A DNA stretch of 64,000 bases, from contig CAYMRB010000002.1 in the NCBI GenBank assembly GCA_964392615.1, forward strand, positions 4,243 through 68,242, in the 5' to 3' direction. The DNA comes from an uncultured Planctomycetia bacterium (GTDB lineage Bacteria; Planctomycetota; UBA8108). A program made the translations under genes and the position numbers. The notes under the pieces are model-generated. The model worked only from the letters and a program-made list of their open reading frames with translations, was not told the DNA's origin and did no database searches. Each line of letters opens with the position of its first letter. Position 1 is the stretch's first letter. Shown one piece after another: positions 26,956 through 35,839 of this stretch.

Positions 26956-29853
26956 ATGAATGCGGCCGTTTCTCAGCGGGGGCTCGGATCGCGTCTCCCG
27001 ATCCTCGTAGTCGTCATGGCGCTCCTGACGTGTGGGCTCGGCTGCGAGCGGAGCGGCGTGACCGCGTACGGTCACGGGCTGCTCTGGGATGAGCTGCCGC
27101 CGCTTCCCGACGCGCACGGCTTCGCCGGTCCGTTCGCGGGCGTGGTCGATAGCGATCTGCTGGTCGCGGGCGGGGCGAACTTTCCGGACGGTGTTCCGTG
27201 GCATCTTACCGGCGAGGGCTGGACGTCGCCGAAGCGCTACCACGAACGGATCTTCGTGCTGGAGCAGGAGCGGGCTGCAGCCGGGGGGCCTCCTGCCTGG
27301 CGTGAGTCGACGATTCGACTGCCGCGACCAATCGCGTACGGTGTCAGCGTCGCGGTCCCGGGCGGCCTGCTGCTGATCGGCGGGGAGCGGCAAGATCACC
27401 GCCGTGACGACGAGAAGAGGGAGTACGCGTCGGAGCGGGTGCTATCGGACGAGGTCCTCCTCGTGCGTCGACGACCTGGCGGTAGCGACATCGAGATCGA
27501 GCCGGGATTCCCGCGCCTCCCCTCGCCGATCGCGTTTGCCGGTGGAGCACGGATCGGGAATCACGTCTACATCGTCGGAGGTGATGACGGCGACGGGGCG
27601 ACGCGCAGCTTCTGGAGGCTCGATCTGTCGCAGCGTCCCCTGTCCTCCGCGAAGAACGGAACGAAGAGCGACGACTCGTGGCGATGGGAGTCTCTGCCCG
27701 CATGGCCCGGCCGTCCTCGCGTGCTGCCGGTCGTCGCGGCTCAGAGCGATGGACGCGAGACGTGCCTGTACGTCGTCAGCGGTCGCGAGGTCGTCGACGG
27801 CGAGTTTCGCTTGCACACGGACGCCTACCGATTCGAGCCGAGCCGCGAGCGCTGGAATCGCCTCGCCGACGTGCGCGTAGCGGACGACACGGCACCACGC
27901 TGCGTCATGGGCGGGGCGGCAGCGGCGGTCGGCACGCACGAGATCCTCGTCGTCGGCGGGGCGCGCGGCGATGTTCTCCTGCGACACGCGAACGAGTTGC
28001 CGCGCGAGATCGCGACGGCGGAGAAGGCTGGAGACACGGCCCTCGCTGATCGCCTGCGCGCTGAACGACTCGCGCTCTACGATCGCCACGTCGGCTTCAG
28101 CCGGGATGTCCTGAGCTACAACGCCGTCACCGACCGGTGGAGCCGCGTCGGCCAATTCCCGGCTGGTGAGCGCGTGCCGTCAGGGCCGGCGGTCGACCCT
28201 GGCGAGCGAGTCGCTACGGGCGCGCCGGTGACGACCGTAGCGGTGCATTGGGAAGGCGCCGTCGTCGTGCCGAGCGGCGAGATCAGTCCCGGCGTCCGCA
28301 CGCCGAGGGTCTTCTCCGTCGCCGTCGATCGCGGCGCGGTCTCTTTTGGCGTCGCGAACTGGACCGTGCTGGCGTTGTATCTCGCGGTCCTCGTCTGGAT
28401 GGGCTTCTACTTCTCGAGACGCGAACGCTCGACTGAGGACTTCTTCACCGCCGGAGGACGCATACCGTGGTGGGCGGCCGGACTGAGCATCTTCGGGACG
28501 ATGCTCTCTGCGATCACCTACTTGTCGATTCCCGCGCGGGCGTACGGAACGAACTGGAGCTGGCTGATCCAGAACTTCGGCATCCTGGCCGTCGCGCCAA
28601 TCGTCGCTTTTCTGTTCTTGCCGTTCTTCCGCAAGCTGCGCGTTACGAGTGCCTACGAGTACCTCGAAGCGCGATTCAACGTCTCCGTGAGGCTGTTCGG
28701 GAGCGCGTCGTTCATCCTCTTCCAGTTCGGTCGCATGGGCATCGTCGTCCTGCTGCCAGCCCTGGCACTCGCGGCGGTCACCGGCATCGACATCCTGTTC
28801 TGCATCGTCGTGATGGGAGTCCTCAGCACGCTCTACACCGTCCTCGGAGGCATCGAGGCCGTCGTATGGACCGACGTGTTGCAGGTCGTCGTGCTCATCG
28901 GCGGTGCGATCGCGGCAGTCGTCATGATCCTCGTCAACGTAGGCGACGGTCTGCCGGAGCTGTTGGCCGCGGCGTGGGAGGCGGGAAAGGTCGATCTCGT
29001 CACGGAGTTCCACTCGCACGACCTGAGCTGGGCGAGGGACGGCGTGCTCGTCATCCTGCTCGGCGCGGTGTTCAACTCGATCTTGCCCTATATCAGCGAT
29101 CAGGCGGTGATTCAGCGCTACATGACGGTGGCCGACGAGCGACAGGCACGTCGCGCGATCTGGACCAACGGCATTCTCGCCGTGCCGGCGTCTCTCCTGT
29201 TCTTCGGCGTCGGAACCGCGCTCTGGGTGTTCTACCGCGCACGTCCGGAAGCGTTGATGCCGCTGGAGAAGCCCGATCAGATCTTTCCGTGGTTCATCGC
29301 CCTCGAGATGCCCGCCGGCGTCGCCGGTCTGGTGATCGCGGGCGTCTTCGCCGCGTCGATGTCCAGTCTCGACTCCAGCCTGCATTCGATCGCGACGGCG
29401 GTGACCACCGACTTCTATCGTCGCTTCCGACCCGATAGCTCCGAGGCGGCGCGACTCCGCTTCGCGCGCGTGCTGACGGTCTTCCTGGGTGTCATCGGGA
29501 CGCTGTCGGCCATCTTGATGGCGACGATGGAGATCAAGTACCTGTGGGACGTGTTCCTGTCCATCACCGGCTTGTTGCTCGGGACGCTGGGGGGCTTGTT
29601 CACCGTGGGGATCCTGTTACGTCGCTGCAGCTCGATCCACGCCTGGTTCGGTATCGTCGCGAGTGTCGCCGTTCTGTACCTGGCGCGGCATCACAGCGAC
29701 CTGCACTTCCTGCTCAACGGAGTGCTGTCGCTCGGAACCTGTTTCATCGTGGCGCTTCTGTCGAGCTACGCGCTGCCGACGCGCGGTGGAGACGCCGAGC
29801 TGACGGTCCGCTCGTTGGTACCGGGCCGCGATGAGACGAGAGAGTCCGGGTAG
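26956..29853 (+). CDS. Fusion of a NanM-like sialic acid mutarotase (Kelch beta-propeller, about nt 27067-28323) with a sodium:solute symporter (SSS family, about nt 28339-29850)
   Basis: The N-terminal half matches E. coli NanM/YjhT blocks as I recall them: GFAGPFAGVVDSDLLVAGGANF, IAYGVSVAVPGGLLLIGGE and PSGEISPGVRTPRV. The C-terminal half has about 13 TM helices, opening with the SSS block TEDFFTAGGRIPWWAAGLSIFGTMLSAITYLSIPA. I trimmed the start from 26095 to 26956. Confidence 0.8.
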   Translation: MNAAVSQRGLGSRLPILVVVMALLTCGLGCERSGVTAYGHGLLWDELPPLPDAHGFAGPFAGVVDSDLLVAGGANFPDGVPWHLTGEGWTSPKRYHERIFVLEQERAAAGGPPAWRESTIRLPRPIAYGVSVAVPGGLLLIGGERQDHRRDDEKREYASERVLSDEVLLVRRRPGGSDIEIEPGFPRLPSPIAFAGGARIGNHVYIVGGDDGDGATRSFWRLDLSQRPLSSAKNGTKSDDSWRWESLPAWPGRPRVLPVVAAQSDGRETCLYVVSGREVVDGEFRLHTDAYRFEPSRERWNRLADVRVADDTAPRCVMGGAAAAVGTHEILVVGGARGDVLLRHANELPREIATAEKAGDTALADRLRAERLALYDRHVGFSRDVLSYNAVTDRWSRVGQFPAGERVPSGPAVDPGERVATGAPVTTVAVHWEGAVVVPSGEISPGVRTPRVFSVAVDRGAVSFGVANWTVLALYLAVLVWMGFYFSRRERSTEDFFTAGGRIPWWAAGLSIFGTMLSAITYLSIPARAYGTNWSWLIQNFGILAVAPIVAFLFLPFFRKLRVTSAYEYLEARFNVSVRLFGSASFILFQFGRMGIVVLLPALALAAVTGIDILFCIVVMGVLSTLYTVLGGIEAVVWTDVLQVVVLIGGAIAAVVMILVNVGDGLPELLAAAWEAGKVDLVTEFHSHDLSWARDGVLVILLGAVFNSILPYISDQAVIQRYMTVADERQARRAIWTNGILAVPASLLFFGVGTALWVFYRARPEALMPLEKPDQIFPWFIALEMPAGVAGLVIAGVFAASMSSLDSSLHSIATAVTTDFYRRFRPDSSEAARLRFARVLTVFLGVIGTLSAILMATMEIKYLWDVFLSITGLLLGTLGGLFTVGILLRRCSSIHAWFGIVASVAVLYLARHHSDLHFLLNGVLSLGTCFIVALLSSYALPTRGGDAELTVRSLVPGRDETRESG

Positions 29854-29866
29854 AGGGGGGAGCACC

Positions 29867-32824
29867 ATGCTCAGAATCGGAACGGTCGTCGCGGCTCTCG
29901 TACTTCTTTGCGGGCCGACTTTGCCGGTTGCGGCGGGCCCGCCGAATGTCCTGCTGATCGTCTCGGAGGACAACGGCCCGGAGCTCGGCTGCTACGGCGA
30001 TCCCTACGCGCGTACGCCGATCCTCGACCAGCTCGCCGCCGAGGGCTGTCGCTTCGAACGGGCGTTCGTGCCGTACTCGGTGTGCAGTCCGTCGCGCGCG
30101 TGCTTCCTGACCGGGCTCTATCCGCATCAGAACGGGCACCTGGGGCTGGCGACGCATCGCTTCGCGATGTACCGAGCGTTCGCGTCGATGCCGAGCTTGC
30201 TGAAGAAGGCCGGCTATCGCACGGGGCTCATCGGCAAGCTCCACGTCAACCCGGAGTCGGCGTTTCCATTCGACTTCCGAGCCATCCGGTCCGCGAACTT
30301 CAACAAGCGCAACGTCGTCGAGTATGCGAAGGCGGCGTCCGAGTTCTTCCGCGCCTCGGACGCGCCGTTCTTCCTGTCGATCAACTATCCCGACGCGCAC
30401 TTTCCGCTCTTGCGCCAGCAGTTCGGCGTGCCGGCGACTCCGATCCGCGCCGAGAGCGTGCGGCCGCTGCCCTGGGTCGGCGCCGACTCCGAACGGCTGA
30501 GGAGGTTCACCGCCGACTACTACAACTGTCTGGCGCGTCTCGACGTCGGCGTCGGACTCTTGCTCGACGAGCTCGAGCGATGCGGCAAGGCGGCCGACAC
30601 CCTCGTCATCTACATCGGCGATCACGGCGCGCAGTTCTCGCGTGGCAAGTGCTCTGTCTACGAGGCGGGGTTGCGCATTCCGATGATCGTGCGCTGGCCG
30701 GGACGCGCGCTGCCCGGTCGCGTGCGACGGGAGCTCGTCTCGACAGTCGACCTGCTGCCGACCGTGCTCGAGGCGACGGACCGTCCGGTCCCTGAGACGT
30801 TGTCCGGTCGCTCTCTCGTTCCCCTCCTGCGTGGAGAGATGCCGAGCTGGCGCGAGCACATCTTCGCGGTGACGACCGGGGCAGCGCCCTCGATCTCGTT
30901 CGTGCAGCTCTCCGTGCGTGACGATCGCTACAAACTGATCTCGTCGCCCCAGGCCGGCCGGGAGAGCCTGTTCGCCGCGGCGTACGCGAGCCGCTTCAAC
31001 GTCCACTTCGCGGCCGGAACGTCGGCCGAGGAGATTCGCGCCGCGTCGCCGGTCGTTCAGGACGCGTATCGACGATTTCTCCATCCGCCGCGGTACGAGC
31101 TCTACGACCTGCACGACGATCCGCACGAGTTCCTCGACCTCGCGCCCGACTCGAAGCATGCGGCCGTGAAGAAGCGTCTGATCGCGACGCTCGAACGCTG
31201 GCAGAACGAGACCCGCGACCCGTTCGGTGACCCCGAGATGCTCGAGCTCTTCGTGCGCGAACAGGACGCTGCGCGGTCGACCGACTATCGACGAAAGAAG
31301 GGCTTCCGCTGGCAGCACATCGATCGATTCGCCGCGTGGCGCGACGGGCGGTCCGACACTTCCACGCTGCGGCTCGGCCGTCCGTTCGGCAGCCATATGG
31401 TCGTGCAACGCGACAAGCCGATTGTCATTTGGGGGACGGCGGACGCCGGTCGCGAGTTGAGAGTACGGTTCGGCGTTCACGCCGCCCGCACGACCGCGGG
31501 CGCCGACGGAAGCTGGCGTGTCAAGCTCGACGCGCTGCCGGCGAGCTCGACGCCGCGTGAGCTCGTCGTCAGGTCTGGTGCCGAGGTCATGCGTCTCGAG
31601 GACGTTCTCGTCGGTGACGTCTGGCTCTGCGCGGGCCAGTCGAACATGCGTTTCACCGTGCGGCAGTCCGCAGGTGCCGCCGAGGCGATCGCTGCAGCGG
31701 CCGATCCCGAACTCCGCCTGCTGGACTATGCGGGGAGCATCTACCCGTCGCGACGCAAGTACCCGTTGGACGTCCTGCGACGCGTGACCGCGGAGAGCTA
31801 CTACTCGACCCGCGGGTGGCAGCGTTGCTCACCCGACACGGTTCCGACGTTCTCGGCCGTCGCGTACACCTTCGGCGCGGCGCTGCGCCGCGAGCTCGGC
31901 GTGCCGATCGGGCTCGTGCACAATGCGGTCGGCGGCGTGCCGATGGAGGCGTACATTCCGGCCGAGTTCCTCGCGGGCGATCCACAGCTCGCGCCGCTCC
32001 TCGTGCACTGGTACGAGAACCCCGAGTATCCCGCGTGGTGTCGACAGCGCGGTGCCTTCAATCTGAGCGCGTGGCTCGCCGCGCCGGAGCCCCCCGCACC
32101 GCATCACCCGTTCGAGCCCGGATTCCTGTTCGATGCCGGCATGCGGCCGTTCGCGGCCTTTCCGCTGCGCGGCTTCACGTGGTATCAGGGCGAGTCGAAC
32201 GCGACGGAAGACGGCGCTCGCGGCGCACCGGTGGCTGCCGCGGTGAACCGCCGCAAGTTGACGGCGCTCATCGAGAGCTGGCGTCGTGCGTGGGACGATC
32301 CGGAACTGCCGTTCCTGTTCGCTCAGCTGCCGGGGCTCGACCGTCCGTGGACGGTCTTCCGGGAGGTGCAGGCGCAGGTCGCGCGCGACACGAAGAACGT
32401 CCACATGGCGGTGACCATCGACGTCGGCCATCCGACGAACGTGCATCCGCGTCGCAAGAAGCCGGTGGGGGAGCGCCTCGCGCGTCTTGCCCTCGCCCAT
32501 GTTCACGGCAAGGACATCGTCGCCGGCGGACCCGTGCTTCGGGCGCACGAAACCGTCGGCGCAGAGATCCGGGTGTCGTTCGACCAGGTCGGAGGAGGCC
32601 TGGCGTCACGGGACGGCCAGGCGTTGCGCGAGTTCACGATCGCGGGTGACGATCGAGTCTTCCACCCAGCGACCGCGGCGATTCGCGGCGACCGCGTCGT
32701 GGTGTCGAGCGCGAAGGTGCAGCGCCCCGTCGCGGTGCGCTACGCGTGGTGCAGCGATCCGGACGTCAACCTCGTCAATGCCGAGCAGCTGCCGGCCGCA
32801 CCGTTTCGGACGGACCCGTGGTAG
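29867..32824 (+). CDS. Bifunctional fusion: Cys-type sulfatase (SGSH-like, about nt 29939-31240) plus sialate O-acetylesterase (SASA/DUF303, about nt 31364-32821)
   Basis: Sulfatase blocks NVLLIVSEDNGPELGCYG, CSPSRACFLTGLYPHQNG and YIGDHG. Esterase blocks FGSHMVVQRDKPIVIWG, VWLCAGQSNM, HNAVGGVPMEAYIP and FTWYQGESNA. The start is taken at MLRIGT (29867, preceded by GAGGGGGGA); the track start at 29831 is also possible. Confidence 0.8.
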   Translation: MLRIGTVVAALVLLCGPTLPVAAGPPNVLLIVSEDNGPELGCYGDPYARTPILDQLAAEGCRFERAFVPYSVCSPSRACFLTGLYPHQNGHLGLATHRFAMYRAFASMPSLLKKAGYRTGLIGKLHVNPESAFPFDFRAIRSANFNKRNVVEYAKAASEFFRASDAPFFLSINYPDAHFPLLRQQFGVPATPIRAESVRPLPWVGADSERLRRFTADYYNCLARLDVGVGLLLDELERCGKAADTLVIYIGDHGAQFSRGKCSVYEAGLRIPMIVRWPGRALPGRVRRELVSTVDLLPTVLEATDRPVPETLSGRSLVPLLRGEMPSWREHIFAVTTGAAPSISFVQLSVRDDRYKLISSPQAGRESLFAAAYASRFNVHFAAGTSAEEIRAASPVVQDAYRRFLHPPRYELYDLHDDPHEFLDLAPDSKHAAVKKRLIATLERWQNETRDPFGDPEMLELFVREQDAARSTDYRRKKGFRWQHIDRFAAWRDGRSDTSTLRLGRPFGSHMVVQRDKPIVIWGTADAGRELRVRFGVHAARTTAGADGSWRVKLDALPASSTPRELVVRSGAEVMRLEDVLVGDVWLCAGQSNMRFTVRQSAGAAEAIAAAADPELRLLDYAGSIYPSRRKYPLDVLRRVTAESYYSTRGWQRCSPDTVPTFSAVAYTFGAALRRELGVPIGLVHNAVGGVPMEAYIPAEFLAGDPQLAPLLVHWYENPEYPAWCRQRGAFNLSAWLAAPEPPAPHHPFEPGFLFDAGMRPFAAFPLRGFTWYQGESNATEDGARGAPVAAAVNRRKLTALIESWRRAWDDPELPFLFAQLPGLDRPWTVFREVQAQVARDTKNVHMAVTIDVGHPTNVHPRRKKPVGERLARLALAHVHGKDIVAGGPVLRAHETVGAEIRVSFDQVGGGLASRDGQALREFTIAGDDRVFHPATAAIRGDRVVVSSAKVQRPVAVRYAWCSDPDVNLVNAEQLPAAPFRTDPW

Positions 32825-32884
32825 CGAGCCAAGGCGATGGAGACACGTCTCTGCTTCCAAAGGACACCAACGAGGAAACCTGAC

Positions 32885-34150
32885 ATGATCCGCATCGTCC
32901 GACACCGTAATCTGTTGATCGCCGCTCTGATGTTCGGTCTCAACGCACCTGTCTCCAGCCAGGCGGATGCTCCGGCTGGATTCGACTTGCCGATTGTCGA
33001 TCTGGACGCTCGTGAAGACCTTCGCACCGTCGTGGATCGTGAGAAAGGCCAGTACCTTGGCCATCCGACCACGCTGCTGCTACGAGACGGGCGTACGATA
33101 CTGTGCGTCTACCCGAAGGGCCACGGCAGCGGCGCCGTCGTCTACAAGCGTTCGAAAGACGGTGGCAAGACATGGTCCGAGCGCCTGCCGACCCCCAAGA
33201 GCTGGGCGACCAGCAAGGAGGTGCCCACGCTCTACGAGACGGTCGATGCGACAGGCTCGCGCCGCGTGTTGATGTTCAGCGGACACCAGAACCGCTACCG
33301 CCCGGGCCCGCCCAACCGCATGGCTGTCAGCGACGACGGCGGGCTGACTTGGGGCGAGCTCGAGCCTATCCCCAACCAGATCGGCAGATCTGTGGTCATG
33401 AGCGACCTGATCGCCGTGAAGGACACGCCGGGTCACTATATGGCCAGCTACCACATGGACTGGCCTATCGACAGCGTGCGAACCTACCTTCTGTACACCT
33501 GCTTCACGGAAGACGGAGGCCTGACCTGGAGCGACCCGGTCACCATCCACTCCTCGCAGGACGACGACCTGGCCCTGTGCGAAGGCGGTTTCGTACGCGA
33601 TGGCTCGACCATCGCCGTGCTGCTGCGGGAGAACAGTCGCACCGCCCCGTCACAGATCATGTTCACCCGGGACGAGGGCCGCACTTGGACGAAGCCGCGT
33701 CCGTTGCCTCGCGCGTTGTGGGGTGATCGGCATCAGGTCGTAACGCTCAGAGATGGTCGGCTGCTGATCCAGTTCCGTGACTTCACGCCGAGGAGACGAA
33801 AGGGCAACCGGTCCAGCCCGACCGAGGGGGACTGGGCTGGCTGGGTGGGCACCTTCGAGGACTTGGTTCATGGACGGAAGGGGCAGTACCGGATCCGCGT
33901 GCGGGACAATCATCACGACTGGGATTGCGCATACCCGGCCATCGAGCAATTGCCCGATGGGACTCTGGTCAGCACCACCTACGGCTCTTGGGACGCTGGC
34001 GAGTCTCCCTACATCCTGAGTTACCGCTTCACCATCGATCAGCTGGACGCATTGGCAAAGCGGATCAACACCAAGGGGCAGCCTGCCGTACGCAATTACT
34101 TTCGTGGCAAGATGAATCTCTACACAGGCCACGCCCGACCGGGGCGGTAG
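32885..34150 (+). CDS. BNR/Asp-box repeat beta-propeller protein (sialidase-like; catalytic status uncertain)
   Basis: Asp-boxes SKDGGKTW, SDDGGLTW, TEDGGLTW and TRDEGRTW, plus a signal peptide. No clear RIP motif is visible. An alternative start is at 32837. Confidence 0.65.
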   Translation: MIRIVRHRNLLIAALMFGLNAPVSSQADAPAGFDLPIVDLDAREDLRTVVDREKGQYLGHPTTLLLRDGRTILCVYPKGHGSGAVVYKRSKDGGKTWSERLPTPKSWATSKEVPTLYETVDATGSRRVLMFSGHQNRYRPGPPNRMAVSDDGGLTWGELEPIPNQIGRSVVMSDLIAVKDTPGHYMASYHMDWPIDSVRTYLLYTCFTEDGGLTWSDPVTIHSSQDDDLALCEGGFVRDGSTIAVLLRENSRTAPSQIMFTRDEGRTWTKPRPLPRALWGDRHQVVTLRDGRLLIQFRDFTPRRRKGNRSSPTEGDWAGWVGTFEDLVHGRKGQYRIRVRDNHHDWDCAYPAIEQLPDGTLVSTTYGSWDAGESPYILSYRFTIDQLDALAKRINTKGQPAVRNYFRGKMNLYTGHARPGR

Positions 34151-34332
34151 CAAGGCGGGACCGCCGCGACGGTTTCCCACGGCGATCAGCCGTTCAAAAG
34201 GCAATTCGGCGCGATGGCGGCGCGACCGGCATCGAGTGCCTACGCGTTCGAGCGAGCTTGAAACTCTGGCGACGTCGGGGTAGCGTCGTTGGCGTGATCA
34301 CGAAGCCTGCGGAGCTTCCGCGGGGGGCTATC

Positions 34333-35838
34333 ATGCGGAGACGGTGCGTCATGTCGAAGTGGCTGTGGATTCCCCTCTGTCTCGCGATGACGGCTGCGAC
34401 GTGCTCGCCGGCGCCGGTGGCTGCACAGGAGGAGCGCGGGGAGGCGACCTATCGCCGCTTCACGAATCGCGAGGGACGCACGTTGCGGGCGCGTATCGTG
34501 AGTGTCGACGGCGACCGCGTGACCGTCGAACGGCGATCCGGGCGGCGATCGACGTATCGCATCGCGGTCTTCTCCGCGGCCGACCAGGCCTACATTCGCG
34601 AGTTTGCCGGTCGGGGCAAGCCCGCGTCGAAGACCTCGAAGTCTGCCGGGTGGTCTCGGTTCCGCGGCCCCGAGGGCATGGGGGTCTCCGGCGCGACCGA
34701 CCTTCCTCTCGAGTGGGACGCGGAGACCAACATCGCATGGCAGACTCCGCTTCCCGGCGCCGGCGCGTCGAGTCCGATCACGTACGGCGATCGCGTCTAC
34801 ATCACGTGCTACACCGGGTTCTTCGTTCCCGGTCAATCGGGAGGGAGCCAGGAGGATCTGAAGAGACACCTTCTCGCTGTGCGCCTCGCCGACGGCGAGA
34901 TCATCTGGAACAAGGCGGTGCCGGCCAAGCTGCCCGAGGAGGAGCGCATTCGCGACCACGGCTTCGCGGCCAGCTCGGTCATGGTGGACGCCAATCGCGT
35001 GTATGCGTTCTTCGGCAAGTCGGGAGTCATCGCGTTCGACCACGAAGGCGAGCAGCTCTGGCTCGCCGATGTGGGCTCGAGCACGAGCGGCTGGGGCTCG
35101 GCCGCGTCTCCGATCTTGCACGGCGGTTTGCTGTTCGTCAACGCGAGTGTCGAGAGCCAGTCGCTGGTGGCACTCGACCCCCGCACGGGCGACGAGAAGT
35201 GGCGGGCCGAGGGCATCCGCGAATCGTGGAACACGCCGCTCGTGGTCGACGCCAAGTCGGGACGCGAAGAGCTCATTATCGCCAGGGCGGGCCACGTGTT
35301 GGCCTTCGCACCGCAGACCGGCGAACAGCTGTGGTCGTGCAAGACGGACATCAAATGGTACATGGTTCCCAGTGCGGTCGCCTCTGACGGAATCGTGTAC
35401 TGCATCGGCGGTCGCTCGGGAACGGCCGCGCTCGCGGTGCGCACCGGCGGCAGCGGCGACGTGACCGACACGCATCGACTCTGGACGAGCAATAAGGGCT
35501 CGAATGTCTCGTCGCCGGTCTTCCTCGACGGGCACCTCTACTGGGCGCACGAGCAGCAAGGTATCGCGTACTGCGCCAAGGCGGATTCGGGCGAGATCGT
35601 GTACCAGGAGCGGCTGCCCCGCATCGGCCAGGTCTATACTTCGACCTTGCTCGCAGCCGGCCGGCTGTACTATGTCGGCCGCCGCGGCAGGACGGTCGTC
35701 CTGGCCGCCAAGCCCGAGTACGAGGAGCTCGCGGTCAACGACCTGTCCGACCGCAGCCTCTTCAACGGCAGCCCCGCGGTCGCGGGCAAGCACTTGCTGC
35801 TGCGATCCGACAAGTATCTGTACTGCATCGGCGAGTAG
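34333..35838 (+). CDS. Secreted PQQ-like (BamB-like) beta-propeller repeat protein with an N-terminal SHD1-like domain
   Basis: Signal peptide MSKWLWIPLCLAMTAATCSPAPVAAQ. SHD1-like segment FTNREGRTLRARIVSVDGDRVTVERRSGRRSTYRIAVFSAADQAYI. Propeller blades follow with AWQTPLPGAGASSPITYGDRVYI, W....G.. patterns and SSPVFLDGHLYW. I trimmed the start from 33925. Confidence 0.7.
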   Translation: MRRRCVMSKWLWIPLCLAMTAATCSPAPVAAQEERGEATYRRFTNREGRTLRARIVSVDGDRVTVERRSGRRSTYRIAVFSAADQAYIREFAGRGKPASKTSKSAGWSRFRGPEGMGVSGATDLPLEWDAETNIAWQTPLPGAGASSPITYGDRVYITCYTGFFVPGQSGGSQEDLKRHLLAVRLADGEIIWNKAVPAKLPEEERIRDHGFAASSVMVDANRVYAFFGKSGVIAFDHEGEQLWLADVGSSTSGWGSAASPILHGGLLFVNASVESQSLVALDPRTGDEKWRAEGIRESWNTPLVVDAKSGREELIIARAGHVLAFAPQTGEQLWSCKTDIKWYMVPSAVASDGIVYCIGGRSGTAALAVRTGGSGDVTDTHRLWTSNKGSNVSSPVFLDGHLYWAHEQQGIAYCAKADSGEIVYQERLPRIGQVYTSTLLAAGRLYYVGRRGRTVVLAAKPEYEELAVNDLSDRSLFNGSPAVAGKHLLLRSDKYLYCIGE

Positions 35839-35839
35839 G

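Noticed and set aside
32885-34150. Calling this BNR protein a third or fourth bona fide sialidase.
   Set aside because: Four Asp-boxes are present, but I cannot find an RIP/FRIP motif or align the catalytic residues by eye. It stays annotated as sialidase-like with uncertain activity.
34157-34178. An imperfect GC-rich hairpin GGGACCGCCGCGACGGTTTCCC downstream of the BNR gene, considered as a terminator.
   Set aside because: The stem is interrupted and has no U-tract, and the next gene is co-directional 155 nt downstream. The evidence is insufficient.
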